From assembly GCF_000485595.1 (NCBI RefSeq), contig NW_014577062.1, positions 1,627,293 to 1,680,877 on the forward strand: a DNA stretch of 53,585 nucleotides, given 5' to 3'. The translations under genes were made by a program, and so were the position numbers. Shown piece by piece: positions 47,864 to 53,585 of the stretch (positions within the stretch are counted from its first letter, which is position 1; each line of letters starts with the position of its first letter). The stretch comes from Priapulus caudatus. Taxonomy: Eukaryota. The notes beneath the pieces were generated by a model. That model had not been told where the DNA came from. It saw only the letters and a program-made list of their open reading frames with translations, and did not search any database.

Positions 47864-48323
47864 TGTTCGCTACATACGTTGTTGAGATTTAATCTACAGG
47901 GTAGTCTACAGATGAACACACATTTTGTGAAATTCGCAATATTCTAATTAAGCCACATTGTATGCAATGCAGGCAATAAGCGTTTCGATAGATATATGCT
48001 TTAGCACGTTTAATGGAAAAGCCGACCAGTCTTGGATGTGTGAGGGTTTATTGCTGCACGAACATATTATACAGCGCATATATATGGCGTTTGCGGTGTG
48101 AAACGCTGTTGGAGTGTTCGTTCATTAGTGAAAGTGAATTGTCTGGAGGTTGAACACAATTAGGTGACATCACAACCTGGCGACGCCTGAAGGGTATAGC
48201 ACGAGCGTTAAGCCACGTTATTTACGACCATTCACACGTCAAGCTCAACTTCCTCATTATTCTAAGCTGGCACTTGTTTATTATTCGCACACACGCCGTC
48301 AGACGAAGCGCAAAGAGCTGGCG

Positions 48324-51248
48324 ATGCGTCTCCAAAGCAAAGCCGCCACCGTCATCGCGATGTGCGTGCTTGTTTTTGTCGTCGACGGAGGCAAGATACT
48401 CATCAAGCCGTGGGCTGGCACAACTCCGTCCAGTCACCATATCATCATGGACAAAATAGCTAAAATCCTCGCGCGCGATGGACATGNNNNNNNNNNATCT
48501 TCGCCACAAGATCAAAGACGGCGGATTCGACTACGTCATCATTGATCAGTCAGACGCGGTCGGTCACCTGCTGGCGAACTACGTTAACAAGCCATTCGCT
48601 ATTGTTCATAACTTACCATCAAACACGATAATCTACGGAGAAGGTGGCTCCCCACTCGTGCTCTCCTACACTCCGACACACGGCATGTATCGTACGACGC
48701 ACTTCAGCGACAAGATGACGTTTCTAGAACGTGTGCACAACGTGTTTCATTACGTCATTGATAAAGTGTTTGTCCACGTCACACTTAAGAGATCGATGAA
48801 CGCATTCGGCTGGTCGCACGGTTTGCTGCAGGCAAGAGTATAACGTTAACCAGATGATATTGTATTATAAGCCTTAGAGTTGTCATTAGCGACGAATCTT
48901 CTAATTTAATCACAAGATTGTCCCACCAATTGTACAAATTTACTAAAAATATGAATAAACTATTTTAAACGAAAATTTGATTAACTTGTATAATTAACCT
49001 AGTCATACGGAATCTCTTACAGCGTAAATTGCGTTGAAATGATTCATTTCTGAAAAGCAAATCGGTGTCAGCTTATACATGTAAATAATGTTATCTATAC
49101 CATTTTAGTCGCACGAGAGATACGAACGAATTACAGACAGGGCAGCGCTAGTGCTTTTCTCTAGCAACCCTGCGTTCGACCATCCACGCCCTACGATGCC
49201 CCACGTCCAGCATACTGGTGGTCAGCTCTGCCAGCCGTTAAAAGCGCTGCCTCAGGTAAAATAGTAGCGAGTGTGTATCCAGAATCTTAAACCTCTCTGC
49301 ATGTATTTCGCGAGTAGGTTACCGAATGCAAATATTAAGACCACCACTCTTCCACGAGACAATGCGGTTTCATGAATCACTGTTCGTCCTCAGACTACGG
49401 TTATCTTACACAAGTGATAGAAAATTTAGTGGAACGAGTGTGTGATGTAATACCTCTCAGATACACAAATAATGGTAGATCATTTTTCGTACATTTCACT
49501 CTTGATATATTTTAATTCTTGCTTTAAAATGGGGAATGGCGCCGGTGTAGATTTGTCGCCACAACACAATTCACAGGCATTCGACAATATCGTCAGCTAG
49601 CTATCTGATTAGCTGATACGTTGATGTTGATTACTCGATCTCAGAATAGCAGATTTTGATTGCATAAACTATAGTCAAGTGGAATATTAGAACCTTATCC
49701 TACCTATGATACACTGGCTTCATACGCTGTGTTTCGTACGTAATGTCTGGCAAATTCTGTGGAGCGCAGTTTGCCCATCCATGAAATATGAGATGATTAG
49801 GCGTCACCGCTGTTTGTGAGATACACTAGTTTTCACAAACAGTAACAGAGTATTTCGTCTCACAATTAAATATCTAAGTTATTGCATCAAATTAGCCCAC
49901 TGACTTACGGCGTAAGATCTCCTGCCCCCAGCCTACACAAGCGCCCAGCGCGTGTCGTCAACGAGGTATATTTGATTAATTGGTATGTTGCTGTTGAAAT
50001 GTCGACTTCAGAATCAAAAATCCTGAAGCCTGCATAATGTGGATCATTCTACTCAGTCGGATGTAAAGATCATTATTTATTTGCCTTTCTCGCAGAAACT
50101 GGATGATTTGCTAGCGAGGACTAATAGAAAAGTGATATACATGTCATTCGGTACTCTCCTGCACGGACCGGGCGGTTTGAACGAGGTAAGGCCGCGCATG
50201 CGTAATGGGTGTCTTTAGTTATCACACCATCGCCAGCCAGGCACATTGAGGCAAATAGCATAATTACCGCGCAGGAATTTTAACTTTTGACTTTCTCCAA
50301 TATGCTCTATGAATGGGAGCTTTATCTACGCGAGGTGATGACATTAACGGTGCCATTATTTCGGCAATTCAATCTTGAACGAAAATAGATTTTAAAAGTT
50401 GTAATATGCATAGCGTTGTTCTCTTTCCCCCCGTTTTTCAGAACCAGCGTTTTAAGACTGCGCTTCTAGGTGCTGTCTCTAATCTACCGTACCTATTCAT
50501 TATCGCTAACTTCAACATGACCGGACTTCCAACAAACGTTGTCACATTGGAATGGGCACCGCAGAATGATCTACTAGGTAATGGAGTGAACTAACGAAAT
50601 AATATAAACGAAATAAAATTTAGACGCAGGCATGTCACTAGTATTATCAATAGCACACGAGCCAAGATTTTACGTGCTCTTCATAGTATACAAAACAATT
50701 GAAAAAATCACGCATTTTTCACAGGTCATAGCAAGGTAGCTTCTTTTATCACACACGGTGGAATTAATGGATTATGGCAGGCGATTTGCCNNNNNNNNNN
50801 TATACTCGCAAATACGAATTAAGTTAACCGTTGTCCTAATTCTTTTATTCAATCATAAATAGTTTAATAATAGTTTGATGTCGTATCATATCTTACGTAT
50901 CTTTGCAATTATATCGTTGTTTACATCTAGCCTCAATAATTCCGCAGATATGCAGCACGCGTGCGTCAGCTTTCGAAACTGTATCATCACAGCCTGCCGA
51001 TGTCTCCTGATGAGACCGTGTCATTCTGGGTGAATTACACGATGATCTATGCCGACCAGCAAGCTCCTGCCTACACTGAACTGAACTTCCTACAATATTG
51101 GCTCATAGATGTTATTGCTTGTCTGCTCGTAATTGCTGCATTCTTTGCGTGGCTAACTTACGTAGTTCTCATAGCAAGCATATCTATAAGCACTCGTGAC
51201 ATTCGTCGATGCCGGAGACGTGCTATCAGAAACATTATAAGCGCGTAG
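48324..51248 (+). CDS. UGT type B, second copy, interrupted by assembly gaps; exons 48324-48831 (gap 48487-48496), 49109-49255, 50096-50185, 50442-50577, 50725-50790(gap), 50948-51248
   Basis: Near-identical to 35844-39276 in exons and introns; no stops seen in the sequenced parts; 10-N gaps hide part of exon 1 and most of exon 5. Confidence 0.85.
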
Positions 51249-51252
51249 TTAC

Positions 51253-51582
51253 GGGGCGCCATGCAGGACAGGGCTCAATTCTGTCTTACAAAACTCACTT
51301 TTGTGCACAAAACTAAATTCTGTCTCACAAAAGTCAATTTTGTGAACACAAAACTCAATTTTGTGAACACAAAACTCAATTTTGTCAATCCTGTCCCACA
51401 AAACTAAATTTTGTAAACACAAAACTCAATTCTGTCAATCCTGTTCCACAAAACTCAATTCTGTCGAACCGGTTCCACAAAACTCAATTTTGTAAACACA
51501 AAACTCAATTCTGTCAATCCTGTTCCACAAAACTCAATTCTGTCAATCCGGTTCCACAAAACTCGATTTTGTTGCCCAAATA
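51253..51582. mobile_element. Left end of an insertion with internal tandem repeats (ACAAAACTCAATT(T/C)TGT core, 21-31-bp units), 4 bp after the UGT-B2 stop codon
   Basis: The other B copies continue tagttacattgctg, whereas this copy reads tagttacggggcgccatgcagg; about 11 repeats of the core; truncated by N at 51583. Confidence 0.65.
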
Positions 51583-51816
51583 NCAATTAAATATCTAAGT
51601 TATTGCATCAAATTAGCCCACTGACTTACGGCGTAAGATCTCCTGCCCCTAGCCTACACAAGCGCCCAGCGCGTGTCGTCAACGAGGTATATTTGATTAA
51701 TTGGTATGTTGCTGTTGAAATGTCGACTTCAGAATCAAAAATCCTGAAGCCTGCATGATGTGGATCATTCTACTGAGTTTGATGTAAAGATCATTATTTA
51801 TTTGCCTTTCTCGCAG

Positions 51817-53249
51817 AAACTGAATGATTTGCTAGCGAGGACTAATAGAAAAGTGATATACATGTCATTCGGTACTCTCCTGCACGGACCGGGCGGTTTG
51901 GACGAGGTAAAACCGCGCATGCGTAATGGGTGTCTTTAGTTATCACACCATCGCCAGCCAGCCACATTGAGGCAAATAGCGTAATTACCGCGCAGGAATT
52001 TTAACTTTTGACTTTGTCCAATATGCTCTATGAATGGGAGCTTTATCTACGCGAGGTGATGACATTAACTGTGCCATTATTTCGGCAATTCAATCTTGAA
52101 CGAAAATAGATTTTAAAAGTTGTAATATGCATAGCGTTGTTCTATTTCCCCCCGTTTTTCAGAACCAGCGTTTTAAGACTGCGCTTCTAGATGCTGTCTC
52201 TAATCTACCGTACCTATTCATTATCGCTAACTTCAACATGACCGGACTTCCAACCAACGTTGTCACATTGGAATGGGCACCGCAGAATGATCTACTAGGT
52301 AATGGAGTGAACTAACGAAATAACATAAACGAAACAAAATTTAGACGCAGGCATGTCACTAGTATTATCAATAGCACACGAGCCAAGATTTTACGTGCTC
52401 TTCATAGTATACAAAACAATTGAAAAAATCACGCATTTTTTACAGGTCATAGCAAGGTAGCTTCTTTTATCACACACGGTGGAATTAATGGATTATGGCA
52501 GGCGATTTGCCACGCCACCCCTGTCGTTGTCATGCCGATCTTTGCCGACCAGTTTCGAAACGCGCACATGGCTCAAGAGAGAGGAATCGGCGAGATGATT
52601 GATTTCCATACTATAACAACAGAAAGCCTACAATCCGCCCTTAGGCGTGTTGTCGAGAATGACGCGTAAGTCTGTTGCGTACGATAATTACGGTAACTCA
52701 GACAGATATGTTTGTCGAGCGTGTATTTTATCTTGCTAAGAATTGCACAGAGATCGGCCAACGACACTACTTATATACTACAAGACCGATAAAAGCTAAT
52801 AGTATACTCGCAAATACGAATTAAGTTAACCGTTGTCCTAATTCTTTTATTGAATCATAAATAGTTTAATAATAGTTTGATGTCGTACATATCTTACGTA
52901 TCTTTGCAATTATATCGTTGTTTACATCTAGCCTCAATAATTCCGCAGATATGCAGCACGCGTGCGTCAGCTTTCGAAACTGTATCATCACAGCCTGCCG
53001 ATGTCTCCTGATGAGACCGTGTCATTCTGGGTGAATTACACGATGCTCTATGCCGACCAGCAAGCTCCTGCCTACACTGAACTGAACTTCCTACAATATT
53101 GGCTCATAGATGTTATTGCTTGTCTGCTCGTAATTGCGGCATTCTTTGCGTGGCTAACTTACGTAGTTCTCATTGCAAGCATATCTATAAGCACTCGTGT
53201 CATTCGTCGATGCTGCAGACGTTCTATCAGAAACATTATAAGCGCGTAG
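51817..53249 (+). CDS. UGT type B, third (5'-partial) copy; exons 51817-51906, 52163-52298, 52446-52665, 52949-53249
   Basis: Starts within intron 2 right after a single N at 51583; exons 3-6 intact with GT-AG sites; the 3' flank 53250-53585 matches 39277-39612. May be an alternative haplotype. Confidence 0.8.
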
Positions 53250-53585
53250 TTACATTGCTGTGCAATTAGGTATATACCTTTACAAATCCTATATGGAGAT
53301 ATAAAAAGTAGAACGACAATAAACAAAACAGCACTTTAATTGCTTTTTCCTGGGCAGGATGTGACGGGAAAGAAGTTATTTCTACTAATTTCACTAATAT
53401 CTGAACTGATTTTAATGTTACATACGTCGCGCAAATGAGCAAAACCGGAAGCTCGTGGCTAACACATTATATAGCATAGAGAGGCGTTCGTAAAAGTGAT
53501 TAATCTGTTTACTCTTACTATATTATTTTATCACTAGGTACATTAAGGGCTAAAATTCTTGACGGGAGTTGGGCAGCGGACCAAA

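Noticed and set aside
51285..51575. CRISPR-like look of the ACAAAACTCAATT repeats with short variable linkers
   Set aside because: Linkers are only about 4-14 nt and themselves repeated, there are no cas genes, and the context is eukaryotic; it is a minisatellite.
31328..53249. UGT1A-style shared constant exons with alternative first exons
   Set aside because: Each first exon, apart from the error-rich 40510-41222 fragment, is followed by its own exons 2-6, so these are separate genes.

Overview
Eukaryotic (animal, probably non-insect invertebrate) genomic DNA from a draft assembly, with N gaps, many microsatellites and several indel-rich stretches that look like long-read gap fill. The left half (about 3.0-25.1 kb, + strand) carries five coding exons of a Wnt4 gene. 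The signal-peptide exon 1 was not found. One exon has five single-base frameshifts that are probably sequencing errors, and the 15.7 kb intron contains a ~3.1 kb duplication around an N gap that is probably an assembly artefact. The right half (31.3-53.3 kb, + strand) is a tandem array of 6-exon UDP-glucuronosyl/glycosyltransferase (UGT, GT1) genes: two complete paralogues (type A, 551 aa; type B, 540 aa), a type C exon-1 fragment, a frameshifted C/A mosaic copy, and two further gapped or partial type B copies. Notable array features are patchwork identity between paralogues (homogenised sugar-donor half, divergent aglycone-binding N-terminus), Gln in place of the usual signature Glu in every copy, a GC-AG intron in type B, and orphan transmembrane-tail fragments. 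Several small non-autonomous DNA elements can be resolved to base level: a Helentron/DINE-1-like element, a 5-bp-TSD CAGGGTT element, a CTG-TSD Harbinger-like MITE and palindromic MITEs. I found no RNA genes, CRISPR arrays or clearly new biological system. The UGT array is the most promising lead, but part of its copy number may be uncollapsed haplotypes.
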